DNA of 64,000 nt. Source: Vicinamibacterales bacterium (lineage in GTDB: Bacteria > Acidobacteriota > Vicinamibacteria > Vicinamibacterales > UBA2999). Location of the stretch: NCBI GenBank assembly GCA_035538015.1, contig DATLLC010000042.1, forward strand, positions 6,450 to 70,449, given 5' to 3'. Position 1 is the stretch's first letter. Every line of letters begins with the position of its first letter. Below, in pieces: positions 21,068 to 32,148 of this stretch. The notes under the pieces are model-generated. The model ran no database searches and had not been told where the DNA came from. It was given only the letters and a program-made list of their open reading frames with translations. Both the position numbers and the translations under genes were made by a program.

Positions 21068-21595
21068 TCAGCGCGTGAGCAGCTGGCGCTGAATCGGGTA
21101 CTCGGCCAGCTTCGCCCACACCTGCGAGCCCTGCTTGAGGAACAGCTCGACTTTGGCGTCTACGAACTGGCTGTTCTGGAGCATCTGCAGCCGCGGCGTG
21201 TCGCTCGTATAGCCGAGGGCCGACTGCAACACGAGTTGATTGGTGATCTCACCGGGAGGAAGGCCGGCGCGCGGCACCGCCCATCCGAAGTGCTCGCCCC
21301 ACATCTCGGTTTCGCCGACCCGCCGGAAGATGGCGTTGATCTGGATCGAGCGGACCGGTTCACCCGACTTGTTGCGCAACTTCAGCGAGACGCTGGGCAC
21401 CAGCTTGTTCTTGCCCCCTTCGACGATGCCCGCGTCGAACCAGCCGGTCACGACATCTGTCGGCTCGAGGGCGGCGACCGGGTCGACCGAGGGACGGCAC
21501 CCGGCGCTCGAGCCGAGCGACGCGAGAAGGAGGAGGGCTCCAACCGACGGGCCGCGCGCGCGGGCGCGCGGGATGCGGGGGTGCAAGGCAGTCAT
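21068..21595 (-). CDS. Hypothetical lipoprotein
   Basis: Signal with lipobox (GALLLLASLGSSAGC). No recognisable domain. The start (21595 versus 21634) is uncertain. Confidence 0.55.
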   Translation of the reverse strand: MTALHPRIPRARARGPSVGALLLLASLGSSAGCRPSVDPVAALEPTDVVTGWFDAGIVEGGKNKLVPSVSLKLRNKSGEPVRSIQINAIFRRVGETEMWGEHFGWAVPRAGLPPGEITNQLVLQSALGYTSDTPRLQMLQNSQFVDAKVELFLKQGSQVWAKLAEYPIQRQLLTR

Positions 21596-21759
21596 GGGCG
21601 TCCAACCCTCAGCCCACATGAGAGGTCGTTCCAACGGGCTCGCGAGTCAGTGTGACACCGGCGCTTATGACCGGGCGTCCGGGCCGATGGCATCGTCAGC
21701 TCAAGTGAATGGTGGTCGTAGTGTATGACACCAATCCGCCCCGGAAGTTCCCCCCGGTC

Positions 21760-22659
21760 TCAGAACTCGCGGACCCGGACGCGCTTGCGGGCTTCCAACT
21801 TGTCGATCCGGCCGGCCCGGTACTCCTTGAGATCCGAACCCTTGATCCGAAGCAGCACCGTGACCACTTCCTCGTACGGATCCTGCGGCGCCAACGTGTC
21901 CCTCCGCTCGTTGTCGCGTGCCGCCACGGTGAGCCACTCGTCGGAGCCGATGGTCATGGGCGCGCTGAAGTCGATCATCGCGTCGATGAGGGCGCGTTGC
22001 ACCTCCTCGGTGTAGAGCCGGTTGGTGTCCATGAGCCAAGGCATGTCGGGCAGCGGGCTGGGGGCAGCCGGCGGCGCAGCGGGCGTTGGCGTGCTCTCGG
22101 GGCGCATCATCGACGCTGACGACACCCCCGGGCCGCCGGGCGGCGGCATCCCGCCGGGCCGGCCGACGTTGGAGAACGGCGTCGCCTGGGCCTCCAGACG
22201 CGCGATGTGCGACTCGAGCGCCTGCCGGGTGGCCGGATTGGTCTCGGTCTGCACGTAGCGCCGCAGTTCCGCGAGCGCCTTCTTCGTGCTCCCATCGTCC
22301 TGCTGCAGCATCATGCGCAGGCTCCACATCATGCTCTGCCGCAGCATCGGCACCGCGACGTCGAAGAAGATGCCGTAGCTTTCGAGGTAGACGCCGCGGG
22401 CCTGCGCGTCGCCGGCCAGCAGGAACATCTCGGGCGCTACCGTCCGGAGCTCGCGGTTGAGGCGCTGCGCGCCGAACTCGACCGCGCGCGCGAGCGCGCC
22501 TTCCATCACATAGATCTGGTGCCGCAGCTCGGAGCGATCCGGGGCCCGCTCCGCCTGCGGCGCCGCGCTGTTCGCCTGCTGAGGCGCATCCTGCGCCCAG
22601 GCCGGTACGGCGCCGACAAGCGCCAAGACCACCATTCCACCTGCCACCGCGCTTCTCAT
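21760..22659 (-). CDS. Hypothetical secreted protein (downstream of the ECF sigma/anti-sigma pair)
   Basis: MRSAVAGGMVVLALVGAVPAWA signal with GGAG 8 nt upstream of the ATG at 22659. Central Pro/Gly-rich linker. No known domain recognised. Confidence 0.6.
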   Translation of the reverse strand: MRSAVAGGMVVLALVGAVPAWAQDAPQQANSAAPQAERAPDRSELRHQIYVMEGALARAVEFGAQRLNRELRTVAPEMFLLAGDAQARGVYLESYGIFFDVAVPMLRQSMMWSLRMMLQQDDGSTKKALAELRRYVQTETNPATRQALESHIARLEAQATPFSNVGRPGGMPPPGGPGVSSASMMRPESTPTPAAPPAAPSPLPDMPWLMDTNRLYTEEVQRALIDAMIDFSAPMTIGSDEWLTVAARDNERRDTLAPQDPYEEVVTVLLRIKGSDLKEYRAGRIDKLEARKRVRVREF

Positions 22660-22711
22660 TGCTCGAACTCCATCCACTCAGACGTTACCTTGTCGTGCAG
22701 GGCCGGGACGA

Positions 22712-23518
22712 TCACCGCGGCGGCGGCTGGGCCGAGACGCGCATGATGTAGTCCAGCATCTGGCGCTGTCGTGCGATCTCGGCGCCCGCACGGCCCTCGA
22801 ACTGACCGAAGCCCTGATTGATCCGGACGAGGTCGGAGCGTCGCTGCACCTCGAGATCCCGGCCGAACTGCGCGAGCCGCAACGCCAGTTCCTGCTGCTG
22901 CCGACGCTCGCTCTGCTTGATCCACTCCGCCACCCGCTGCGGCGTCACATCCGAGGGGCGAGACGGTGTGGTCGAAGACGCCGCCATCTCGGACGGCCGG
23001 GCGCTGCGAATCTCATCGCGAAGCGACGACTCGAGGTCCGCCAGCGCCGTGCGCCAGTCGGCCGAGGCTTCGGAAACGCCCGCGGCCGTTTCGCCCGTCC
23101 TCGCGGCAGGCTCGGTCGAGGCGGACGCCGCCGGCGCCATCCAACCGGTGCTGATGACCAGACCGTCGGCGCCGTAGCGAATCTGCAGGTTGGCGATCGC
23201 GAGCCCGGCCGCCACCACCAGCACCGCGGCGGCCGCGCTTGCCCATGCCGGAACGCCCGCCGGCGCCCACCACCGGCCGGGTCGCACGGCGGGTGCGATC
23301 GGTGCGGCGGCCTGGACGATGCTGAAGCCCAGAACCGCCTCGGGTGGCGTCCAGTCGGCCAGCTCCCGACGCACGCCAGACAGTGCCTGGACTTCGGCAG
23401 CGCAAGCGGTGCAGACCCGCAAGTGTTCGTCGAGGCGGCGTCGAGTGATGCCGTCGAGCTCGTCGTAGAGGTACGCGACGAGCTGTTCCTTGTCGTCGCA
23501 GAGGAGTGTCTCGCTCAT
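22712..23518 (-). CDS. Anti-sigma factor (zf-HC2 type, single TM)
   Basis: MSETLLCDDKEQLVAYLYDELD...HLRVCTACAAEV zinc-finger anti-sigma motif and a TM helix (AAAAVLVVAAGLAIA). The ATG overlaps the sigma-factor TGA (ATGA). The ORF-track 385-aa version is an upstream over-extension. Confidence 0.8.
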   Translation of the reverse strand: MSETLLCDDKEQLVAYLYDELDGITRRRLDEHLRVCTACAAEVQALSGVRRELADWTPPEAVLGFSIVQAAAPIAPAVRPGRWWAPAGVPAWASAAAAVLVVAAGLAIANLQIRYGADGLVISTGWMAPAASASTEPAARTGETAAGVSEASADWRTALADLESSLRDEIRSARPSEMAASSTTPSRPSDVTPQRVAEWIKQSERRQQQELALRLAQFGRDLEVQRRSDLVRINQGFGQFEGRAGAEIARQRQMLDYIMRVSAQPPPR

Positions 23519-24123
23519 GATGCTTTCTCTGTCGTCCGCGATCCCGCCATGCCGCGCGCCTCGAGGTGCCGCCGCAACACGCTCAAGCCCTGATACAAGC
23601 GTGTCTTGACGGTGCTGAGCGGGCAGCCCTGCATGTCCGCAATCTCCTGAAACGTCAGCCCGTGATACTCCTTCAGGACGATGGCCGTGCGCTGCTCCTC
23701 GGGCAGGTGGAGCATGGCTTCGCTCACCGTCTGGCTCAACTGATTCCGGGCCACCAGGTCCTCGATCGACTCCAGAGGGCCCTGGGCACTGGCGAGCTCG
23801 ACAATATCTACCCCTTCCGGCGCCGACACAATAGGCGTCCGTCGTTGACGACGAATCCAGTCGCGGCACAAGTTGAGGGCGATGCGATAGAGCCAGGACG
23901 AAAACTTCGCCTGGCCCTTGAACCCGGGGAGCGCGCGAAAGGCGCGGAGAAAGGTTTCCTGGCAGACATCCCGCGCGTCCTCGTCGCGCCCGATGACCCT
24001 GTAGGCCAAGGCATAAATCGGCCGTTCCCAGCGGAGGATGAGCTGGTTGAAGCTGTCAGCATCGCCCGCGACCGTGCGGGCCACGAGCTCTTCGTCTGTT
24101 GACGACGTCACATGCGGGAGCAC
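23515..24123 (-). CDS. ECF-type RNA polymerase sigma factor (sigma-70 regions 2 and 4)
   Basis: 202 aa. Region 2 (DVCQETFLRAFRAL...FSSWLYRIALNLCRDWIR) and region 4 (LTFQEIADMQGCPLSTVKTRLYQG). Confidence 0.9.
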   Translation of the reverse strand: MLPHVTSSTDEELVARTVAGDADSFNQLILRWERPIYALAYRVIGRDEDARDVCQETFLRAFRALPGFKGQAKFSSWLYRIALNLCRDWIRRQRRTPIVSAPEGVDIVELASAQGPLESIEDLVARNQLSQTVSEAMLHLPEEQRTAIVLKEYHGLTFQEIADMQGCPLSTVKTRLYQGLSVLRRHLEARGMAGSRTTEKAS

Positions 24124-24241
24124 CCAGGTTGTTCTCGCCTATTGTCTAAGACGGAAGGCATTGCGGAATAGTCGGCCGGCCACGCAGTTCACGTTCACCA
24201 GGAAGAAAAAACGGGTAAACTAGAGGACTCAGAGATACTTA

Positions 24242-24841
24242 GTGGCCACAAACTTCCCCAGCGATGAGATTTTCCTGACAACTGAGGAGGTACTGGAGTA
24301 CCTCCAAGTCAATTTACGCACCGTTTATCGCTTGATCAAGGCCGGCAAGATACCAGCCGTCCGCGTCGGGCGCCAATGGCGGTTTCGTAAGCGCGACATC
24401 GACGCCTGGCTCGACTCCCAGCGGCCGCGCAGCGATCGGCCGACGGCAATCCCGATGGACAAGCCGCAAGGGCGGGCGGGCCGGCCTCGCATCCTCGTCG
24501 TCGACGACGAGTCCAGCATCCGGGAGCTCCTCTCGAAGACACTGGCACTCGCGGAATACGAGGTGGATACCGCGCCAGATGGGCGAGCGGGCGTCGAACG
24601 ACTGCGCCTGGGCCACTACGACCTGCTGATCGCGGACCTGAAGATGCCCGGGATGGACGGCTTGTCACTGATTCGCGAGGCCAAGCGCTTCAAGGCCGAC
24701 CTCCCGGTCATCATCATCACTGGCTTCTCGACTGAGTCGAGCGCGATCGAAGCCGTGAATCTGGGGGTCGCGGGTTACCTCACGAAGCCGTTCCGAGTCC
24801 CACAGGTGCTGGCGGCGGCGGCCAAGGCCCTTGGCGAGTGA
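24242..24841 (+). CDS. Response regulator with N-terminal excisionase/MerR-type HTH and C-terminal receiver domain
   Basis: LTTEEVLEYLQVNLRTVYRLIKAGKIPAVRVGRQWRFRKRDIDAWL (HTH_17-like) is followed by the REC domain (ILVVDDE...DLKMPGMDG...TKPF). GTG start. Confidence 0.85.
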   Translation: MATNFPSDEIFLTTEEVLEYLQVNLRTVYRLIKAGKIPAVRVGRQWRFRKRDIDAWLDSQRPRSDRPTAIPMDKPQGRAGRPRILVVDDESSIRELLSKTLALAEYEVDTAPDGRAGVERLRLGHYDLLIADLKMPGMDGLSLIREAKRFKADLPVIIITGFSTESSAIEAVNLGVAGYLTKPFRVPQVLAAAAKALGE

Positions 24842-24973
24842 GGGAGTCTTAGGGCCTGGTGATTTGACGCATTGTGCGCTTTGAGGCTCGGGTTGCGGAC
24901 ATCAATCCTGTAACCCGCAGCCTCTCAGCATCCCATCTGCGTCATCCGCCGGTCATTTGCGTCATCGCCTGCT

Positions 24974-26986
24974 GTGATTCAGCTTCAATCCCTTACGAAA
25001 TCGTTCGGCGAACGCGTGCTGCTGGAGAGCGTCACCTGGCAGATCGGCGAGCGTGACCGAGTCGGGCTGTGCGGCCCGAATGGGGCCGGCAAGACCACAC
25101 TACTCAAGATGCTGGCCGACCTGGACGAGCCCGATGCCGGGGTCGTGCAGCGGCCGAACGGCCTCACGCTCGGCTACCTGCCGCAGGACGGCCTCACCCA
25201 TCGCGGACGAACGATTCTCGACGAAGCGCAGCAGGCGCTGAAGCCGCTGCTCGACATGAAGGCGGAGATGCACGCTCTCGAGGAGTGGCTGGCCGACGCG
25301 TCGCAGCCCGAGTCGGAGCACGAGGCCGCCCTCCATCGCTACTCCGAGCTGCAGGACCAATTTCGCATCTTCGACGGGTACCAGATGGACCTCAAGGTCG
25401 GATCCGTACTGGCCGGACTTGGCTTCGAGCCCGAGACCTTCGGTGACATGGCCGAGCATCTCTCCGGTGGATGGCAGATGCGGCTGGCCCTCGCCAAGCT
25501 GCTCTTGAGCGCGCCCGACCTGCTGTTGCTCGACGAGCCGACCAATCACCTCGACCTCGACGCGCGCAACTGGCTCGAGGACTTCCTGGTGGGATATCCC
25601 CACTCCGTCATCGTCGTGTCCCACGACCGCTACTTCCTGGACGCCGTCGTGACGCGCATCGCCGATCTTTCGCTCAAGACGATCACCGACTACCACTGCA
25701 ACTACTCGAAGTACCTGGTCGAGCGCGACGCGCGGCTCGAGCGCCTGCGCGAGGCCAAGCGCCGCCAGGACGAGGAGATTGAGCGCGTCGAGGCATTCAT
25801 CAGCCGCTTCCGCTATCAGGCGACGAAGGCGGCGCAGGTGCAGAGCCGCATCAAGATGCTCGAGAAGGTCGAGCGCATCGACGTGCCGCCCGAGCGCAAG
25901 CGCATCCGCTTTCAGTTCCCCGCCGCCACCAAGAGCGGCCGCACCGTGCTCGAGATCAAGCACGGGCGCAAGGCGTACGGAGCCAAGGTTGTCCTCGAAG
26001 ACGTCAACCTGCACATCGAGCGCGGCGATCGCATCGCGCTCGTCGGCCACAACGGCGCCGGCAAGTCCACGCTCATGCGGCTGCTCTCGGGCGCCGAATC
26101 GCCCGACGCCGGCGAGCGCATCGCAGGCCATCAGGTGGTGATGCAGTACTTCGCGCAGGACGAAGCCACGAGGCTCGAGCCCGCGCTCACCGTGTACGAG
26201 ACGCTGGCGGCCGGATCGCCGAACCAGATGGTTCCGGCGATTCGCAACGTCCTCGGTGGCTTCCTCTTCTCCGGCGACGACGTCTACAAGAAGGCGGCAG
26301 TGCTGTCGGGCGGCGAGCGCACCCGGCTGGCGGTGGCCCGCATGCTGCTCCGTCCCTCGAACACGCTGCTGCTCGACGAGCCGACGAATCACCTCGATAT
26401 CGACTCGAAGGAAGTGCTGCTCGACGCGCTGATCGACTACGGCGGGACGCTCATCTTCGTGTCCCACGACCGCTACTTCGTCGATCGGCTCGCCACCAAG
26501 ATCATCGACGTCGGCCAGGGCCGGGCCTCCCTGTATCCCGGCGGATACGAGGCTTTCCTCTGGCGGCAGAAGGAGCTGGCCGCCGGAGGCAATGGCGCGC
26601 CGCCCGCGTCCCGGAAGCCCGGTCCGGTCGCGGCATCCAGCCATCCGCCGCGGCGCAAGCCCGCGGTGGCGAGCGCCAGCCCTGCTCCGGCGACGGACAC
26701 CAGCCGCGACTACGCGACCAGGAAGCGCGACGATGCGGAACGCAGAAAGCGGGAGAAGTCGCGCAAGGTGCTCGAGGCACGCGTCGCCGACCTCGAGGGA
26801 CGCATCGGCGAGGCCGAGCGGGCGATCAAGGAGCTCGAGGCCCGCATGGCCGATTCATCCGCCTATGCGCGACCTGATGGCGGTCAGCCATTGATCGACG
26901 AGCACCAGGCGCTGATGTGGAAAGTCGGCGAGCTCATCGGGCAATGGGAAATGCTGACAGCCGAGCTTGAACAAAATCGTCAGTAG
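24974..26986 (+). CDS. ABC-F family ATPase (Uup/EttA-like, two ABC domains + C-terminal coiled coil)
   Basis: 670 aa with two Walker A sites (GPNGAGKTT, GHNGAGKST), two LSGG signatures, no TM domain, and a charged coiled-coil tail. Confidence 0.95.
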   Translation: MIQLQSLTKSFGERVLLESVTWQIGERDRVGLCGPNGAGKTTLLKMLADLDEPDAGVVQRPNGLTLGYLPQDGLTHRGRTILDEAQQALKPLLDMKAEMHALEEWLADASQPESEHEAALHRYSELQDQFRIFDGYQMDLKVGSVLAGLGFEPETFGDMAEHLSGGWQMRLALAKLLLSAPDLLLLDEPTNHLDLDARNWLEDFLVGYPHSVIVVSHDRYFLDAVVTRIADLSLKTITDYHCNYSKYLVERDARLERLREAKRRQDEEIERVEAFISRFRYQATKAAQVQSRIKMLEKVERIDVPPERKRIRFQFPAATKSGRTVLEIKHGRKAYGAKVVLEDVNLHIERGDRIALVGHNGAGKSTLMRLLSGAESPDAGERIAGHQVVMQYFAQDEATRLEPALTVYETLAAGSPNQMVPAIRNVLGGFLFSGDDVYKKAAVLSGGERTRLAVARMLLRPSNTLLLDEPTNHLDIDSKEVLLDALIDYGGTLIFVSHDRYFVDRLATKIIDVGQGRASLYPGGYEAFLWRQKELAAGGNGAPPASRKPGPVAASSHPPRRKPAVASASPAPATDTSRDYATRKRDDAERRKREKSRKVLEARVADLEGRIGEAERAIKELEARMADSSAYARPDGGQPLIDEHQALMWKVGELIGQWEMLTAELEQNRQ

Positions 26987-27076
26987 CTGACGGTTTTGTA
27001 ATTTCAGTCGCTTTCACAGCATAATCCAAATTCTGTAATCGCAAGCACTTAGAGCGTTCGGCAAGCGCCAGCTGGA

Positions 27077-27091
27077 GGGTACGGCCTTTGC
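27077..27091 (+). promoter_or_regulatory. Weak sigma-54-like -24/-12 element (gGGtACG-N4-TTGC) upstream of the kinase/EBP pair
   Basis: GG at 27078-79 and TTGC at 27088-91 have the canonical spacing. However, the first T and one C of TGGCAC are mismatched, and the predicted TSS would leave only about 6 nt of leader before the ATG at 27109. Confidence 0.2.
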
Positions 27092-27108
27092 CCTGCTCTG
27101 ATCGACCT

Positions 27109-28239
27109 ATGCCCATCGCCAAACAGCGCGTGCCGCCGGCTCCGACGCCCGTGTCGGCGGACTTCTTCCGCTGCCTGGTGGCCAACATGCGGAGCGGCGT
27201 CCTGGCCATCGACCGAGCCGGGCAGGTCGTCCTCATCAACGAAGAGGCACGGCGCCTCTTCCGGCTTCCCGATGAGGACTATTACGGCCGCCGAATCGAA
27301 CGGGTCCTGGGTGAACACCCCGACATCCTTAGGGTGTTGAGCGGTGTTTTCGACCGCCCGACCCTCCCGAGTCGCGCCGAGATTCGCCTCACGTCCACCG
27401 ACACGGTGGTCGGGTACAGCCTGTCGCTGGTCCGCAGCGAGGCCGGGGTCGTGATGGGCGCGACCTTGTTCTTCAAGGACCTCACCTACGTCGAGCAGGT
27501 GGAGGAGCGCGAGCGGCTGCGCGACCGGCTGGCGGCGGTTGGGGAAATGGCCGCGGTCATGGCCCATGAGATCAAGAACCCGCTGGCGGGGATCGAGGTG
27601 CTGGCCGGCCTGGTCCGCCGCAAGACGCCCGAGAACCCGGAGGCTCAGGCCCTGGTCGCCGACATCATCGGCGAAGCGAAGATGGCCAATGCCATCGTCC
27701 AGGAAGTGCTCGAGTTCGTGCGCCCCGTGCGACTCCAGGTCGAGGCGACCTCGCTGCGCGAATCGCTGGCGAACGCCATTTCGATGGCCGACGGCCAGGC
27801 CCGTCGCGGCCATGTCCAGGTGCACGTCCTGGTTCCCGAGGCGTTGCCCTTCATCCGCGCCGACCGGCACCAGCTGACACAGGTGTTCGCGAACCTGGTG
27901 ATCAACGCCTACCAGGCCCTCGAGGGCCAGGGGCATCTCCGGATCGAGGCGCGGGAGGCCCGGACGGCCGACGAAGGCGCGCTCGTCCCGGACACCCAGC
28001 ACGCGATTCGGAGCGTCGTTGTCGACGTCGTCGACAACGGCCCCGGTATTCCCGCCGACAAGGTCGAGAAGGTGTTCCAGCCCTTCTTCACCACCAAGCC
28101 GCAGGGATCTGGCCTCGGCCTCGCGATCGTCCGCAAGATCGTGGACGCGCACGAAGGCCGCATCGATCTGGCGAACGGTGAAGGCACCGGGACGTGTTTC
28201 CGGGTGACCTTGCCGGTGGAGCCCGCGCACAAGGTATAG
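27109..28239 (+). CDS. Cytoplasmic PAS sensor histidine kinase (NtrB-like)
   Basis: PAS (MRSGVLAIDRAGQVVLINEEARRLF), H-box (AHEIKNPLAGI), and HATPase N/G boxes (NLVINAYQA, DNGPGI, GSGLGLAI). No TM helix. The ORF-track TTG at 27088 is an alternative start. Confidence 0.9.
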   Translation: MPIAKQRVPPAPTPVSADFFRCLVANMRSGVLAIDRAGQVVLINEEARRLFRLPDEDYYGRRIERVLGEHPDILRVLSGVFDRPTLPSRAEIRLTSTDTVVGYSLSLVRSEAGVVMGATLFFKDLTYVEQVEERERLRDRLAAVGEMAAVMAHEIKNPLAGIEVLAGLVRRKTPENPEAQALVADIIGEAKMANAIVQEVLEFVRPVRLQVEATSLRESLANAISMADGQARRGHVQVHVLVPEALPFIRADRHQLTQVFANLVINAYQALEGQGHLRIEAREARTADEGALVPDTQHAIRSVVVDVVDNGPGIPADKVEKVFQPFFTTKPQGSGLGLAIVRKIVDAHEGRIDLANGEGTGTCFRVTLPVEPAHKV

Positions 28240-28279
28240 CCCGCGCAGGGGCGTGGAAGGCAATAGGGGACGAGCAGTC

Positions 28280-29674
<1,395 letters not shown>

Positions 29675-29710
29675 ACGTTCACGGGCCGGCGCCGCGCCAC
29701 CGGCGCCGCA

Positions 29711-30757
29711 CTACCGCGGTTCCTCGTCCGGAGGGGCCGTGGCCTTTTTCGCTCGAGGGTGGGCCTTCCGGTAGACCTCCTGCAACTGCGTGACATTCAC
29801 GTGCGTGTAGCGCTCGGTGGTGCTGAGCCGCACGTGACCGAGCAGCTCCTGGATGCCACGCAGGTCGGCGCCGCGCTGGAGCAGGTGGGTCGCGAACGAG
29901 TGCCGTAGGGCGTGCGGGCTGATGCCCATGCGCGTGCAGCAGCTCGCGACGTAACGCCGGAGCAACCGGTCCACGCTGCGCCCCGTGATCCGGTCGCCGC
30001 GCGCGTTCACGAAGAGGGGATCCTCCGGCTGCCGGCGGCCAGCTACCGGTTGCCGGTCCACCAGCATTGCCGCGCGATCCTTCATCCACGCCCGGATGGC
30101 GCCGGCCGCCACCGCGTTGAGCGGGACGATCCGCTCTTTTCCACCTTTGCCGAGGACGCGGACGCTCCGGCCGTGCAGGTCGAGGTCCTCGAGGTTCACG
30201 CCGACGAGCTCGCTCAACCGGAGGCCGGATGCATAGAAGAGCTCGAACATCGCGCGATCGCGTCGCCCCAGTGGAGTCCGAGTGTCGATGCTGTCGAGCA
30301 GGAGCGTCACTTCGCCCTCCGACAGGTGAACCGGGATGGTCTTGTCGAGCTTCGGAGCGACGGCGGCGGCCGTGGGATCGGTGTCGATGATGCCCTCGCG
30401 ACGGAGGTACTCCATGAACGCCCGCGCCCCGGAAAGCTTGCGTCCCACGGTGGCCCGCGCCTGCCCGGCGCGATTGAGCGTCGCCACCCAATCGCGAACG
30501 CTCACACCGTCGAGATCGGCCACTCGCAGCTGTGAGATCCGCACGTCGCGGCTCGAGGCCCGCCACGCGAGGTACTGCGTCACGTCACTCTCGTAGGCGC
30601 GGACGGTGTGTGCCGAGACATTCCGGTTGAGCGCGAGGAACTCGAGGAACGCCTTGAGGTGATCCCTGAGGTTCTCCGGCACCTCGGCCAGCCCGCCGCG
30701 GCCGAGCAGCCCGCGCCTGACGGCGGGTCGCGGCGGGACGCCTCTGCGCGCGGCCAT
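29711..30757 (-). CDS. xerC: Tyrosine recombinase XerC/XerD family (CodV-like position)
   Basis: 348 aa from MAARRGV. N-terminal SAM-like domain (AHTVRAYESDVTQYL) and catalytic HALRHSFATHLL...LLGHVRLSTTERYTHV. The ORF-track 505-aa version overlaps trmFO and is an over-extension. Confidence 0.9.
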   Translation of the reverse strand: MAARRGVPPRPAVRRGLLGRGGLAEVPENLRDHLKAFLEFLALNRNVSAHTVRAYESDVTQYLAWRASSRDVRISQLRVADLDGVSVRDWVATLNRAGQARATVGRKLSGARAFMEYLRREGIIDTDPTAAAVAPKLDKTIPVHLSEGEVTLLLDSIDTRTPLGRRDRAMFELFYASGLRLSELVGVNLEDLDLHGRSVRVLGKGGKERIVPLNAVAAGAIRAWMKDRAAMLVDRQPVAGRRQPEDPLFVNARGDRITGRSVDRLLRRYVASCCTRMGISPHALRHSFATHLLQRGADLRGIQELLGHVRLSTTERYTHVNVTQLQEVYRKAHPRAKKATAPPDEEPR

Positions 30758-30759
30758 GT

Positions 30760-32124
30760 TCAGCGCGCGATCAGCGCCGGCGCGGCGAGCCAATCCTGCA
30801 GCGCCGCGAGCGCACGGTCGGCGATGAGGGCCTTCTTCCGTGCCTTGTCGCGCGGCGGGTCCTGAAGAGGCTCCATGATGCCGTGCGTGATGTTGCTCGG
30901 CTGGTAGTGAGCGGGGTCGGCGTGAGAGACGTAATGGGCGAGCGCGCCCATCGCCGTCGTGCGCGGCAGCGTGCGGGGTGCCTGTCCCTGTGCGAGCGCG
31001 GCAGCATTGCGGCCGGCCAGCAACCCGGAGGCGGCCGACTCTACATAGCCTTCGACGCCCGAAACCTGGCCGGCGAAGAAGAGATCGTCGCGAAACCGGG
31101 TCTGCCACGTGGGGCGCAAGACCTTGGGCCCGCAGATGTAGGTGTTGCGATGCACCATGCCGAAGCGGACGAACTCGGCCTGCTCCAAACCGGGGATCAG
31201 CCGGAGCACCCGCGCCTGGTCGCCCCACTTGATCTGGGTCTGGAACCCCACCAGGCTGTAGTGATCGCCGGCGATCGTGTCTTGGCGCAGCTGCGCGGCA
31301 GCATACGGAAACCGCCCGGTGCGCGGGTCGGTGAGGCCGACCGGCTTCATCGGGCCGAATCGAAGCGTATCGCGCCCGCGATGCGCCATCACCTCGATTG
31401 GCAGGCAGCCCTCGAAGAACTTCACGGCGTCGAAGTCGTGCACCGTCGCCGACTCCGCTGCGACCAGCGCGTCGTAGAAGGCGTCGTACTCGTCCTTGGT
31501 GAACGGGCAGTTCAGGTAGTCGCCGTCGGATTCAGGGGCGACTGGTGCGTCGGGCGCGCGCCAGACGCTGCGGTCCCACCGTGACGCGCGGAACACCTTC
31601 GACATGTCGATGGAGTCGGCCAGCACAATCGGACTGATGGCATCGTAGAACGCCAGGTGTTCATCGCCAACGAGCCGCTGGATGTCGGCCGACAGCGCTT
31701 CGGAGGTCAGGGGGCCAGTCGCAATGATCACCGGCGACCATCCGGACTCCGGCCTGGGCACATGGTCGATCTCCTCGCGTGCGATGGTGACACGAGGATG
31801 CGAGGACACGGTCTCGGTCACGAGACGCGAGAAGAGGTGGCGATCCACGGCGAGCGCAGCGCCGGCCGGCACCCGCGCCTGGTCGGCGGCCCGCATCACG
31901 AGCGAACCGAGACGACGCATCTCCTCCTTCAGCACGCCGACCGCGTTGTCCAGCTTGTCGCCGCGGAAGGAGTTGCTGCAGACGAGCTCCGCCAGCCCAT
32001 CGGTCTGATGCACCGCCGTGGCGCGTACCGGGCGCATCTCGTGCAGCGTCACCGTTACCCCGGCTTCGGCCGCCTGCCAGGCGGCTTCGGAACCAGCCAG
32101 ACCGCCGCCAATGACGTGGATCAT
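30760..32124 (-). CDS. trmFO: Methylenetetrahydrofolate-tRNA-(uracil-5-)-methyltransferase TrmFO
   Basis: 454 aa. MIHVIGGGLAGSEAAWQ FAD motif with full-length similarity to Gid/TrmFO. Confidence 0.95.
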   Translation of the reverse strand: MIHVIGGGLAGSEAAWQAAEAGVTVTLHEMRPVRATAVHQTDGLAELVCSNSFRGDKLDNAVGVLKEEMRRLGSLVMRAADQARVPAGAALAVDRHLFSRLVTETVSSHPRVTIAREEIDHVPRPESGWSPVIIATGPLTSEALSADIQRLVGDEHLAFYDAISPIVLADSIDMSKVFRASRWDRSVWRAPDAPVAPESDGDYLNCPFTKDEYDAFYDALVAAESATVHDFDAVKFFEGCLPIEVMAHRGRDTLRFGPMKPVGLTDPRTGRFPYAAAQLRQDTIAGDHYSLVGFQTQIKWGDQARVLRLIPGLEQAEFVRFGMVHRNTYICGPKVLRPTWQTRFRDDLFFAGQVSGVEGYVESAASGLLAGRNAAALAQGQAPRTLPRTTAMGALAHYVSHADPAHYQPSNITHGIMEPLQDPPRDKARKKALIADRALAALQDWLAAPALIAR

Positions 32125-32148
32125 CGCTTGAACTGTACTTGACCGCTC

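Noticed and set aside
24124-24241. ECF-type autoregulatory promoter (GAAC-N16-CGTC-like) upstream of the ECF sigma gene at 24123
   Set aside because: GAAC motifs are present on the minus strand, but I found no partner -10 element at acceptable spacing, so no call was made.
29675-29710. CCGGCGCCGC repeated twice in the 36-nt convergent spacer between the EBP gene and xerC
   Set aside because: It is too short and too GC-typical to distinguish from chance or a simple GC hairpin. I did not count it among the clear arrays.
29711-30757. Tyrosine recombinase as a marker of an integrated mobile element
   Set aside because: It sits in the conserved dprA-topA-trmFO-xerC housekeeping block, has a XerC/D-type N-terminal domain, and has no flanking att-like repeats, tRNA or phage/IS genes.
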